A DNA stretch of 60,649 nucleotides, filler included. It is 7 parts of 7 records of this genome, joined end to end, with 100 filler letters (N's around TTAATTAATTAA, not from the genome) between each part and the next. Parts side by side here need not be neighbours in the genome. Positions count along the whole stretch, not along the records: positions 37,725 to 51,529 come from DRR723986_17131; 6 more parts are not named here. One strand, given 5' to 3'. The notes beneath the pieces were generated by a model. That model was not told the origin of the DNA. It made no database searches and saw only the letters and a program-made list of their open reading frames with translations. This document shows positions 38,569-48,289 of the stretch, piece by piece. The first letter of the stretch is position 1, and every line of letters begins with the position of its first letter. The translations under genes were made by a program, and so were the position numbers.

Positions 38569-40392
38569 TTATTCCTCACTAGGGGAGCTTTCGTCCTCTC
38601 CAGCAGTCGGTGGTGCAATCAAAGGTCCACCGGAACCGAGTCCACCCTTAAGATCCTGAGGCTGCTTGGCTTCTTGAATCTGCTGCTGGCGAGCTTCCTC
38701 GCGTGCGGCGGCTTCTTCTTGCTCTTCAGCCCAATCGACTCGTTTACGGCTCAGGCCAATCTTTCGCTCATCGGAATCGACTCGCAAGACCTTAACCTCG
38801 AGTTCGTCACCGACCTTCACGAGATCTTCAGGATTCTCAACTTTGTCATCGCTGAGTTCTGAGATGTGAAGTAGGCCTTCAAGCCCATCTTCAAGTCCGA
38901 CGAACACACCAAAGTTGGTGATCTTGGTGACGTTACCTTTGACGAGTTGCCCCGGCTGGTACTTGTCTGGGATGGTGGTTGCCCATGGATCATCGTCAAG
39001 TTGCTTGAGACCAAGTGCGATTCGGCGTCGGTCTTGATCGACCGAGAGAACGCGGCACTTAATTTCTTGACCCTTCTCAACGACCTCACTTGGGTGGCTA
39101 ACCTTGCGTGTCCACGACATGTCAGAGACGTGCAACAGGCCATCGATGCCTTGTTCCAATTCGATGAAGGCACCGTAGTTGGTCAGGTTGCGAACCTTCC
39201 CGGTAACCGAGCTGCCCTCTGGGTACTTGTCGAGAACTTCGTCCCATGGATTGGCAACGGTCTGCTTCATACCTAGCGAGAGTTGTTGTTGGCCAGCATC
39301 AACGCCCAGGACTTTGACGTTGATTTCATCACCGGTTTGAACGAGTTCGTTCGGGTGATTGATACGTCGCGTCCAAGACATCTCACTGATGTGAACAAGG
39401 CCTTCGATGCCAGGCTCGAGCTTAACGAATGCACCGTAGCTCATCACGTTGACAACTTCGCCCTTGATCGTCGTACCAACTGGGTACTTCTCTTCGATGT
39501 TGTCCCAAGGGTTGTTTTCCTTCTGCTTCAGACCGAGAGCAATCTTTTGCTTTTCGCGGTCGATTTGCAGAACTTTGACTTCGATCTCTTGATCGATGGA
39601 AACCATCTCGCTTGGGTGGCCGATACGTTCCCAGCTCATGTCGGTGATATGGAGCAGGCCGTCGATACCGCCAAGGTCAACGAATGCACCGAAGTCAGCG
39701 ATGTTCTTGACAACACCGTTGCGAAGTTGGCCAACTTCCAATTCGCCGAGCAAGTGCTCGCGGTCTTCTTCACGCTGCTTCTCGATGAGCGAACGGCGAG
39801 ATACGACGATGTTACGACGTGTTTCGTCAATCTTGAGAACTTCGCACTGTACGACGCGGCCGATGTAGTCAGCGATGTCGTTGGGACGTCGAATGTCGAC
39901 TTGGCTAGCTGGCAAGAAGACATTCACACCAATGTCCACCAGTAGACCGCCCTTGATTTTGCGAGTCACTGTACCGGTGACGACCTGGCCTTCGGAGACC
40001 TCGGCCATCATCTTTTCCCACTCGAGGATCTTCTCAGCCTTCCGCTTGCTAAGCGCGATCATCCCGTGGATGTCATTTGCAGGGCCAAGGGCGTCTTCCA
40101 TCTCTTCGATGAGCACCTTGACCGTTTGACCGGGAGCAGGTGGCTCCTCGGTTTCATCCCATTCGTCACGCCCGATGGCGCCTTCACTTTTGAAGCCAAC
40201 ATCAATAACGACGAAGTCGCCGTTCACTTCTACGATTTTGCCGTCAACAATTTGATTGACATCAAACTGCTGATCCATGCCCTCGAGACCTTCGAGGATC
40301 ATCGTGTCGAACTCTTCGAATGGAAGTAGCTCTTCTACTTCGTTCGAGATGGAGTCGTCTTCAAGGGAACGAATGAGGTTACGATTGACCAT
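38569..40392 (-). CDS. rpsA: 30S ribosomal protein S1
   Basis: Tandem S1 domains (FGAFVDLGGIDGLLHITDMSW, YGAFV.LEPGIEGLVHISEMSW). N-terminus MVNRNLIRSL resembles Planctomycete S1. Confidence 0.97.
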   Translation of the reverse strand: MVNRNLIRSLEDDSISNEVEELLPFEEFDTMILEGLEGMDQQFDVNQIVDGKIVEVNGDFVVIDVGFKSEGAIGRDEWDETEEPPAPGQTVKVLIEEMEDALGPANDIHGMIALSKRKAEKILEWEKMMAEVSEGQVVTGTVTRKIKGGLLVDIGVNVFLPASQVDIRRPNDIADYIGRVVQCEVLKIDETRRNIVVSRRSLIEKQREEDREHLLGELEVGQLRNGVVKNIADFGAFVDLGGIDGLLHITDMSWERIGHPSEMVSIDQEIEVKVLQIDREKQKIALGLKQKENNPWDNIEEKYPVGTTIKGEVVNVMSYGAFVKLEPGIEGLVHISEMSWTRRINHPNELVQTGDEINVKVLGVDAGQQQLSLGMKQTVANPWDEVLDKYPEGSSVTGKVRNLTNYGAFIELEQGIDGLLHVSDMSWTRKVSHPSEVVEKGQEIKCRVLSVDQDRRRIALGLKQLDDDPWATTIPDKYQPGQLVKGNVTKITNFGVFVGLEDGLEGLLHISELSDDKVENPEDLVKVGDELEVKVLRVDSDERKIGLSRKRVDWAEEQEEAAAREEARQQQIQEAKQPQDLKGGLGSGGPLIAPPTAGEDESSPSEE

Positions 40393-40754
40393 GTTTGTCC
40401 TGAAAAACCTTCTGCAGCCAACGGTGCGCTCAAGGTTCGCGTTCCTTGCCAGAGCAAAGAACCATCGATGTGCCACACACACATCTGAGCGGGCTGGGAA
40501 GGACCTAAAAAAAGAGTCTTCGATTGAGCACTCGACACCAACACTCGGCGTCGACATTAATGCACAATTTTCTAAGCGGAAATCTAACAGCACAGGCCAT
40601 TTACAGCAACAGCAGCCACCCCGAAATAAGGGTGAGCCCATCGGATTAGGGGCAGCCCCTAATCGACCTTACGCAAGGCGGATTTCAGCTCGCGAGCAAA
40701 CTTGCTTCTGCCACCGCATTACAAGGAGCCGAATGCGGTGAGTCCGACGAGATT

Positions 40755-41291
40755 TCACTCGTTGCGAGCCCGATTGTCCTGAGCCAAAAGGGCGTCGATC
40801 TCGTCCCGAACTGCATTCTGCCTACTGTGAGCCTCGCCCGCCTCTTCGAAGGCTTGATTCTCGACGCAATTTTCCTTAACCCGTTGGAGCCGCTCGATTT
40901 CAGCGAATCTTTCGTGAATCTGTGCGGGTGATTTGGCGTAAGGAAGCAGCAAATCTCGTTCGTGCTGAATGTCGTCTGGCAGCACAGTGCATCCGAACTC
41001 CTCAAGCACGCGCGTGATACTTTCGATTTCGGCCTCGACAGAAATCTTCCCCAAGTCGTGATCGATCTCGCCGTTGTAAAAGAACTTGTGTGGGGAATGA
41101 ACCACCACAATCTCTGGTACATGCCGCGTTTTTCGCCAGAAAATGGGAATGCTTGGCACTTCGACTGCTGGCGCTCTTACGGTAATGTCGTGGCCCTCAG
41201 GATCAGCCTTGGCACTCAATCCAGCGATATTCAAAGCGGCGGCGATCGCGTCTGACGACCATTTTTGATTGGGTGGACGGTGGAATCTCAA
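40755..41291 (-). CDS. Hypothetical protein with C-terminal UvrB/UvrC-like coiled motif
   Basis: C-terminal KE.CVENQAFEEA...QNAVRDEI resembles the UVR motif. Start uncertain. Confidence 0.6.
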   Translation of the reverse strand: MRFHRPPNQKWSSDAIAAALNIAGLSAKADPEGHDITVRAPAVEVPSIPIFWRKTRHVPEIVVVHSPHKFFYNGEIDHDLGKISVEAEIESITRVLEEFGCTVLPDDIQHERDLLLPYAKSPAQIHERFAEIERLQRVKENCVENQAFEEAGEAHSRQNAVRDEIDALLAQDNRARNE

Positions 41292-41722
41292 GCGGTAATC
41301 CTGTGCAAGATTGATTTCGCGCGTGCAGGAAGGCGTGTACGAAACAGTAGAAGTCAGCTTTCGCGTTCGTCAATCGCCAATTGAGACACCAGTTGAGACA
41401 AGCGCCGACGCCTTAAGCTGAACCGCCACACTGGGTTACGTACTGCTATCCAGACCTGCGCCCAGGGACGCTGCCGATTCTGCTCTAGCTTCTCGGTGGC
41501 TTGGTTTGGTAAGCAAGCTAACAGAGACAGGCTTTGCGGAAGTGGAAATCTAGGAAAGTGTGAAAGGCCTCACCGAGCACGCTCCAAACTTTGTACGATA
41601 ACGCCCCTATGCGGATGGTTCTGCGGTGAACCACACGCGGATGGCGCACTCAATTCCCCTTGAAGCGGTTTCATGGGAGCTGGGTTCGCTCTTATCTTTT
41701 TATTGGTGAGGGAAACACTAGG

Positions 41723-42199
41723 ATGCAACTTGTTCAACAACTGGCGTCACGGAAGACCATCTCGGCCACAACTATGCTACTAGCTAGTTTGGCTATTTTG
41801 TCCATTCCAACAAAGTCCTACGGGCAGCAGATTCGGTGGCACCGCTCTGCATCCGCGGCCGCGAAGGTCGCTGCTGAAACGGGGAAACCGATTCTTGTCT
41901 ACGTGCGAAGTGCTGGTTGCATCTATTGCGACAAAATGAATCAGAACGTTTGGCACAATGCCACGGCAGCGCGACAGGTCACACAAGACTTCGTGCCACT
42001 TAAGCTGACGCGAGAGGAAAACGCCGAGGCGATCAAGTCGCTTGGGATCAAGGGTTTTCCAGCAACGTTTGTGTTCTCGCCGACACGTCAGTTCATTGGC
42101 AGAATTGATGGCTATGTTGGGCCTGAGCAATTCGTTTCGGCGATGAACGTTGCCAAAACCGCTCGCACCAAAACAGCGCTACTACCCACGATGCGATAA
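41723..42199 (+). CDS. Exported thioredoxin-family protein
   Basis: Signal-like N-terminus, GKPILV, CIYC, cis-Pro motif GFPAT, GY. Confidence 0.85.
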   Translation: MQLVQQLASRKTISATTMLLASLAILSIPTKSYGQQIRWHRSASAAAKVAAETGKPILVYVRSAGCIYCDKMNQNVWHNATAARQVTQDFVPLKLTREENAEAIKSLGIKGFPATFVFSPTRQFIGRIDGYVGPEQFVSAMNVAKTARTKTALLPTMR

Positions 42200-42421
42200 C
42201 ATCAAAATCGCATCGCTGAAGTTCAACTAGAGTTTAAGCGAGCCGTGGTATGTGCATCATGGCCGCTTCACAGGCAGCGGCGGTGAGTTCCTTCACCGCG
42301 CGTCAGCCAAACCTACCCACGGGTCGCACGGACGTGCTGCGTTCGGTATCCGGAGAGATCCCCAACAAACTATGGCGGGGACAGTTTTGCGAAGGGGCGC
42401 TACACGGTGCCTTGAACCGTT

Positions 42422-43141
42422 CTAGGCAGGTTTCTTGAACCAGAAGCAGCCGCACCCGTATTTCTGCTCGCAGACGAAATCGTCACTCGGATTTTCAATC
42501 AGTCCAGCCGAGTGATCGTCTGGCAGCACTGCAAGCTGCTTTAACTCAAGAGGTTCGAGCATGCTACGCACCATCTGTGGCGAGTAGATTCGATGAGCGT
42601 TGAACTGAATGCGCGGTCGCCCCACGGGCACCACGACTAGCAAGTCGCCTCCAGGGGCAACAACGCGTTTAAGTTCATTCAATGCGCGTCGGTCGCCCTC
42701 GGGGTCGATCGGGTCACCATAACGCCCGAGACCAATGTGTTCGATCGTGTGCATGCACGACAGGCTTTCAATACTGTTGTCTGCAAACGAAAGATCGCAC
42801 AGATCGGCGGCCTTTGACTGTAGATCGCTCAGCTTGATATCTGCAGGCCGATAGTCATAGAAATCGACCGGCACGAAGGCCGAAACGATCGTCGCAAAGA
42901 AAGTGTACGAGCTGATATCAACATGCTTTTGCGGACGAGTCTCGGCAACGACACGAGCCGCCCAGGCGGTGTGGTAACAATAGTGAGCATCAAAGGGAAG
43001 ATGCCCTGTGTCGTCGTCTAGTCTTGGCCAACGGTCTTCCCAGTTGACCGAAAACTCGGGACGGGCCTGAGCGTTCAGCGTCGCAAACTGACGCAGCTCC
43101 TTGCTAAAGAACAGCTTCCGAAGAACCCGAGATAACCTCAT
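42422..43141 (-). CDS. DUF268 / SAM-methyltransferase-like protein
   Basis: HVDISS, SLSCMHTIEHIGLGRYGDPIDPEGD, PGG.L..VVPVG...I.FNAHRIY. Confidence 0.8.
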   Translation of the reverse strand: MRLSRVLRKLFFSKELRQFATLNAQARPEFSVNWEDRWPRLDDDTGHLPFDAHYCYHTAWAARVVAETRPQKHVDISSYTFFATIVSAFVPVDFYDYRPADIKLSDLQSKAADLCDLSFADNSIESLSCMHTIEHIGLGRYGDPIDPEGDRRALNELKRVVAPGGDLLVVVPVGRPRIQFNAHRIYSPQMVRSMLEPLELKQLAVLPDDHSAGLIENPSDDFVCEQKYGCGCFWFKKPA

Positions 43142-43249
43142 GTTTCTTACCTCCGAACGGCAGCCGTTTTCACTGCAGCCGTAACTTCCGTGTGCAGAAC
43201 ATCCACTTGCATTCCTTGGGGCCTTGCGGGATGGCTCAGCGTTGACTTC

Positions 43250-44653
43250 TCAAGGCCCCGACTTCAACCAGGCGATTCCACTCGGGATCCCTTCGTCGAT
43301 CATTGACTGATAGTGATCACCGCGAAGTGCCCACTCGTGATCATACACCTTGTTCGCGCGATCCAGCGCAGCCGCGTAGGCTGTGGTGTCCTGAAAGGGC
43401 ACGTTGCTGTCATCGCGAGCATGGAACAAGAAAATCGGACACTCTATGTTCATCACTTGTTGGTCGGGCGAATAGACATTCGCGTACGTCGTGACACCGG
43501 GCAGCAGACGTTTGAAGCTAGGATCATCGAGAAAATCACCGAACCGCTTACGTAAGCTACATGCGGGGGCATAGGCGATGCACTTCTTCAAACGGGGCTC
43601 TGATGCTGCGAGCATAAGTGAGAGCGTACCCGCCGAGCTGTGGCCGGTCGAATAGATCTCACGCTGATCGATCTCTGGGAAAGTTGCCAGGCAGTAGTCC
43701 AGCGCGATCTTCGCATTGAGAACTCCCCACTTGGCCGCCGAGAACTCCTTGTAGGCCCTCGCCAGCTCTAGCCCGGCCTGGCGGTCGGACATCTTCTGAA
43801 AATCACCTGCCCAACCATCAAGCGAATACTGAATGACAATCATGCCTTCCATTACGTAGGGCATCGTTTCATCGTGGTAGTCACTGTTGCCAAGGTTGAT
43901 GTCAGTACCAGTCATCAGGTTCGTGCCAGCGGGAGCGATCAAGACGCAGGGCGTTGAATTGCGCGGCAGACCTCCGGAAGGGACGTACACTCGTAACTGC
44001 GTCGTACTGCCCGGAGTGCCCGATCGATTGACTGCACCAAAATCAATCTCATATACATCCGCTGTCGCCCCTTTGTAAGACAGTACCGTGGGCGAACCGC
44101 GTCGCGGAAGAGTCAGTGCGGGGGACTCTACTTCCAGCTTGCTACCCGGGGTGCTGTCTACGCCCGAGGCGTCCGCGCGTTCTCTAGCGGCCCGCAGGAA
44201 AGCGAATGCTCCGATGGAAATAAAGCCGAACAAGAGCAAGGCCGCCACGACGCTGCCGCCGATGATAAAGACGGGCATCATGCTTTTTTGCGATGCTGCT
44301 CTCGGCTGCTGACTTGTCCGCGGTTTCGGCTGCGAAGGGCGATTGAGTAGGGCGGGACTTATTCCTATGTCCGGTCGTCCAATCGGTGCGCTGAGCGGAT
44401 CATGCTGTGGTTCGTCGCTGAACTGCGGCGCAGCGGCAGCGTTGAAGTCGGGTTCTGCGTCGAAGCCCGTGCTCGATTGCGGCTTCCTGGCTGGTGGCGG
44501 CTGCTGAAGTGGTTTACCAGGTGTGACCACATCCGCCTGCACAAGCTTTGGCACTCGTTGCTGGCTAGAACACCGTGGGCATTGGATCAGTTTACCCGAT
44601 GCTGAATCGGGGACTTCCAAAGCCGCCTGGCATTGTGTGCATTTCAGTTTCAT
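43250..44653 (-). CDS. Zn-ribbon, Pro-rich linker, TM, alpha/beta-hydrolase (S9 peptidase/esterase-like)
   Basis: CTQC...CPRC, one TM helix, nucleophile elbow GHSSAG, FHARDD.NV and GDH triad residues. Confidence 0.82.
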   Translation of the reverse strand: MKLKCTQCQAALEVPDSASGKLIQCPRCSSQQRVPKLVQADVVTPGKPLQQPPPARKPQSSTGFDAEPDFNAAAAPQFSDEPQHDPLSAPIGRPDIGISPALLNRPSQPKPRTSQQPRAASQKSMMPVFIIGGSVVAALLLFGFISIGAFAFLRAARERADASGVDSTPGSKLEVESPALTLPRRGSPTVLSYKGATADVYEIDFGAVNRSGTPGSTTQLRVYVPSGGLPRNSTPCVLIAPAGTNLMTGTDINLGNSDYHDETMPYVMEGMIVIQYSLDGWAGDFQKMSDRQAGLELARAYKEFSAAKWGVLNAKIALDYCLATFPEIDQREIYSTGHSSAGTLSLMLAASEPRLKKCIAYAPACSLRKRFGDFLDDPSFKRLLPGVTTYANVYSPDQQVMNIECPIFLFHARDDSNVPFQDTTAYAAALDRANKVYDHEWALRGDHYQSMIDEGIPSGIAWLKSGP

Positions 44654-44771
44654 CCGCCTCTGCCTAACTTAACGCCCTTCGAAGTTTGCCGAAGCCACCC
44701 GGTTCCGTAGTGGAACTTACACGGCTCCTGTTAGCATTTTCGCGAGGGCGGAATGCTTTCCTACCCTTCCG

Positions 44772-45959
44772 CTACTTTTCCGGCCAACCCGGCAATTCAA
44801 ATTTCTTGACAGTATTGGCGGTATGCTCATCATAGTGCCTTTCCATTTGACGCAGCAATGCACCCAGTGATGGCCAGCGGCTGCCAGGGGCTCGTTTCCC
44901 TAGCTCTTGCCCGTCAAGCAAGTAGGCAAATCGCCGTGTGAAGTCGCTAACGCGTTGCATTTGAGCCGCTTCTTCGATGCCGCTCCAATCGGGGTGCGCG
45001 AATTCATAATCGGGTGGCATTTGCTTTGGATTCAGGTTCATTACCGGCATCGTTGGATCGATGGCGTTGTAGATCTGTGAGAAGAACCCGAGTTGTCGCC
45101 CCATCATATGCTCACAATTCCACCGCGGAGTGTGAGTGCCATTGGCCGGTTTGAAGTTTAATTGCTCTGCGCTTAATTTGGCAAAGACTTCCTGCGATCT
45201 TTCGCAAGAAGCTGCCATCTTTTCGAACATCTCCAGCATATCCTTAGGCATTTCCCACTCCTTTTCGGAGAGGCCCGTTACTGCCAGTCTTTTATCATCG
45301 TAGGTTGCCGATGTGGCGTTGTGTTCAACAATCGAAACCAGTTTCTCGACTCCATCGCGTGCCTTGATCGAGCCATTCTTAATGGACTTCAGGTCACCAG
45401 CTACGACGATCTTCTTCGCTTTGCAGTTGCTTACAACTAGACCAAGCTCAGCCTGGGCATCAACAACGGCCCCGCACGCAACCAGTACATCGCACTCGGA
45501 GAATTCGCCAACCGATCCTTCCGCAGAGAATTCAATCAACTGAATCGTCACTCCAGCAGCATTGACGATCACGACGTGCTCGCCAGTCGACTGGACCCGA
45601 AGCGCGTACTCCGACTGATCTTCCGACCAAGGCTTCCACGCAAACTCCATTTCGTTGGGCTTGCGATCCAGCCCGTGGTCTAGCGTTTGCCCAAAGCGAA
45701 TGTTCTTCGTTCCAAGAGGGAGTTTCAGCCAGTCGTCTTTCTTTTTCGCAGAATCACTGAACCCAACAACCAAAGACTGGCCCCAGTGCGTCTCAAGCTG
45801 AATTCCGTCTGGCAGACGTTTAATCAGAGTTGGGCCGTAGCCAGCGCTCTTATCTTGAGCACGCGCCAGGGGTTGTGAACCTAGAAGCAGGCTACACGCA
45901 AGTGCAAGAACGCCACCCCACGTACAGCGGCGTATTCCAGCATGAAGTAATCGATTCAC
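44772..45959 (-). CDS. Exported protein with C-terminal DinB-like domain
   Basis: Signal peptide. C-terminal L.F.P.NGTHTPRWN.EH...HY.EHT matches the DinB His pattern. Confidence 0.75.
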   Translation of the reverse strand: MNRLLHAGIRRCTWGGVLALACSLLLGSQPLARAQDKSAGYGPTLIKRLPDGIQLETHWGQSLVVGFSDSAKKKDDWLKLPLGTKNIRFGQTLDHGLDRKPNEMEFAWKPWSEDQSEYALRVQSTGEHVVIVNAAGVTIQLIEFSAEGSVGEFSECDVLVACGAVVDAQAELGLVVSNCKAKKIVVAGDLKSIKNGSIKARDGVEKLVSIVEHNATSATYDDKRLAVTGLSEKEWEMPKDMLEMFEKMAASCERSQEVFAKLSAEQLNFKPANGTHTPRWNCEHMMGRQLGFFSQIYNAIDPTMPVMNLNPKQMPPDYEFAHPDWSGIEEAAQMQRVSDFTRRFAYLLDGQELGKRAPGSRWPSLGALLRQMERHYDEHTANTVKKFELPGWPEK

Positions 45960-46226
45960 AGTAAGCCCTTTGCCGAGTGTTGATTCCTTTCGCAGTCCGG
46001 CAGAGGTATCTTCCTCGAGCCGCCCATACCGCGAAATTCACCCATTAGCATAGCTGTACCGCCAGCGACGGACCATCGGTCTAGCCCTGTAAGAAACCAA
46101 GCAGGGGAGGCTATTCGTTCCTCGCAGGAATCGCACTGGTAACGAAGCTCTGACCTCGAAAATCTGAAGGCATTGGCGACTGGCGGTGTCCGTAGATACC
46201 CCACAAGGCGCCAGTACGGCGTCGAG

Positions 46227-47318
46227 CTAGTTTGCGGGGGCTGGCCGTGCAGCTCCAGGTCGGGTTGGCCGCGGGTACAAGCAACAGTCGGCAGGGCACG
46301 CATCATGGCTAGGTCCATAGCTGCCACAGCTTGGCCGATCGGCAGAGCCGGTAATGCGTTCTTCAATGAGTTCTCGGATCATGCGAACGAAACTCGGGTG
46401 CACGCCCGTCGTAGGCACCCGCGTGAATCCGATGTTATGCTCAGCGCACGCATCCTTGGCCTCAGTGTCCAGGTCGTAAAGCACCTCCATATGATCGGAG
46501 ATGAACCCGAGTGGAACGACCAAAACGTGCTTGACTCCTTCCGAAGCTGCTTCAGCGATGTGATCACAGACATCGGGCTCTAACCATGGCTGGTGCGGTG
46601 GACCACTGCGGCTTTGGTAGACCAACGTCCAGTTTTCGTGCTCAAGTTCTGATGTGATGACACCAGCGGCACTGCGAAGCTGTTCTTCGTACCGGCTGTT
46701 GTCGGCCATCGACATCGGAATACTATGAGCAGTGAATACAACACGACTAGCGGCTCTTGTTTCAGCGTCTAGTTCACCAAGAGCTTTGCCAATGAGATCA
46801 ACCTGGGCTTCAATGAAAGATGGGTGGTTGAATCCCATCCGCACTTTTTGGACTAGCGGGGCACCTTCGCCGACTTCCTTCTGCGCTTCGTCAATGTTCT
46901 CTCTGTACTGCCGACACCCCGAATAGCAACTAAACATGCTTGTGAAGAATGCGATTGCCCTCTTCTTGCCGTCGTCTTTCATCTCCCGCAGCGTGTCTGG
47001 CAAGAGTGGGTGCCAGTTCCGATTTCCGAAATAGATTGGCAGGTCTATTCCAGAACGGTCGAGTTCTTCACGAAGAGCCGCGATCAGGTCCCGGTTCTGT
47101 TGTGTGATCGGGCTAACGCCACCGAATCCGTTGTAGTGCTCGGCTACTTCAAGCATCCGTTCATGTGGAACATTCTTTCCACGCAGCACGTTCTCAAGAA
47201 AGGGCATCACGTCATCAGGCCCTTCAGGACCGCCGAAGGAAACTACCAAGATGCTGTCGAAAGGTGGCAGATCGTCTGAATCGGCTAAGGCAATCGGTTC
47301 CATGATTTCGTTGCTCAA
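46227..47318 (-). CDS. hemH: Ferrochelatase
   Basis: SFGGPE, HY..FGG.SP, GNRNWHP, FTAHSIP, YQSRSGP...WLEPD, GFISDHMEVLYDLD.E. Confidence 0.93.
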   Translation of the reverse strand: MSNEIMEPIALADSDDLPPFDSILVVSFGGPEGPDDVMPFLENVLRGKNVPHERMLEVAEHYNGFGGVSPITQQNRDLIAALREELDRSGIDLPIYFGNRNWHPLLPDTLREMKDDGKKRAIAFFTSMFSCYSGCRQYRENIDEAQKEVGEGAPLVQKVRMGFNHPSFIEAQVDLIGKALGELDAETRAASRVVFTAHSIPMSMADNSRYEEQLRSAAGVITSELEHENWTLVYQSRSGPPHQPWLEPDVCDHIAEAASEGVKHVLVVPLGFISDHMEVLYDLDTEAKDACAEHNIGFTRVPTTGVHPSFVRMIRELIEERITGSADRPSCGSYGPSHDACPADCCLYPRPTRPGAARPAPAN

Positions 47319-47472
47319 GTGTGTATCGTTGTTGAAGGTCGTTTTCTGACAGGAAGCTCTTGTGAAACTAACTATACGGTGAGTGCAAGCAAGTCTCCCC
47401 GCTTGAGGAAAACGCGCTTAGGAAACACCATCGGTGGCGCACCATCGCGGCCCTCATTTATGCCAAGCGGGC

Positions 47473-48255
47473 TCAAAGACTACGCAAGAAGCTCATTGCG
47501 TCGGTCAGCTCGTGCTCGATCCGCTCCGATGCTGCCCGGTCGACGATGAACCAACCGCGATAAGGAACATCTTCTAGGTTGGCGAGGATGTGTGGAAACT
47601 CCGCCTGGCCCTGCCCAAGCTGCACATGGACACCTCTACCTCGGGCCAAGTCGCCGGTGGCGTCAATCGCTTCGACCACCAACGTGCGACCAGCGCAACT
47701 GGATATGGATTGCTCGTCGTAGAAGTCGTTCACGATTAAGTTGCCGGGATTGAACGCGACGCCAATGGCCTGCTCCGGAAGCGAGTCCAGCAACTCAACC
47801 AACTGTGGAACCGGCTCGGTACCAGTCTCGCAGGCTAACATTGCGCCGACATGCTGACCGTAACGCGCCAAGTCATTCAGGCTTTCACGCAGTTGAGCGT
47901 ACTCGGCGGACTCCTTGTCGGCCGGAACATTGCCAATCGCATTGACGACATGACGCGTCCCCAAGCTGTAGGCGACACGCATGGCTTCCTTCGTGGCGTC
48001 AATTCGCCGCTGTAAGTCTCGCGGTTGACCGTAGCCGTGACGCGTCGGAAAGCGGACCGATGCGACCCGCAAATTCAGATCATCCATCATCTTCCGCAGT
48101 TGCCGGCGTCCTGTGTCGGAAAGATCCCGCGGCCAATCACTGTTTCGAATGTCTATTTCGATGCCGGTCGCGCCCAAACGGGCTGCCGTGTGCAAAGCTT
48201 TCTTGAATGGTTGCCTTAGGCAAGATAGGCCGATTCCAATGTTCAGTTCTGGCAA
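47473..48255 (-). CDS. Sugar phosphate isomerase/epimerase-like TIM-barrel protein
   Basis: AARLGATGIEI, LACETG.E, F.PGNL, LGQG..EFP..L..L....Y.GW. TTG start with GGAG SD. Confidence 0.82.
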   Translation of the reverse strand: MPELNIGIGLSCLRQPFKKALHTAARLGATGIEIDIRNSDWPRDLSDTGRRQLRKMMDDLNLRVASVRFPTRHGYGQPRDLQRRIDATKEAMRVAYSLGTRHVVNAIGNVPADKESAEYAQLRESLNDLARYGQHVGAMLACETGTEPVPQLVELLDSLPEQAIGVAFNPGNLIVNDFYDEQSISSCAGRTLVVEAIDATGDLARGRGVHVQLGQGQAEFPHILANLEDVPYRGWFIVDRAASERIEHELTDAMSFLRSL

Positions 48256-48289
48256 AATGAATACTCCACTAACGCTAACTCAAAACGGG

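Noticed and set aside
40393-40641. N-terminal extension of RpsA in the ORF track (also the extensions on trkA, tpiA, the DEAD-box helicase and the CAP gene)
   Set aside because: The extensions are compositionally atypical and the conserved N-termini begin at downstream ATGs.
41381-41400. TTGAGACA direct repeat in the intergenic region before the thioredoxin gene
   Set aside because: Only two 8-bp copies and no supporting context.
45956-46366. 136-aa ORF or structured RNA between hemH and the DinB gene
   Set aside because: The ORF overlaps hemH out of frame and has no motifs. I could not recognise any riboswitch or ncRNA consensus.
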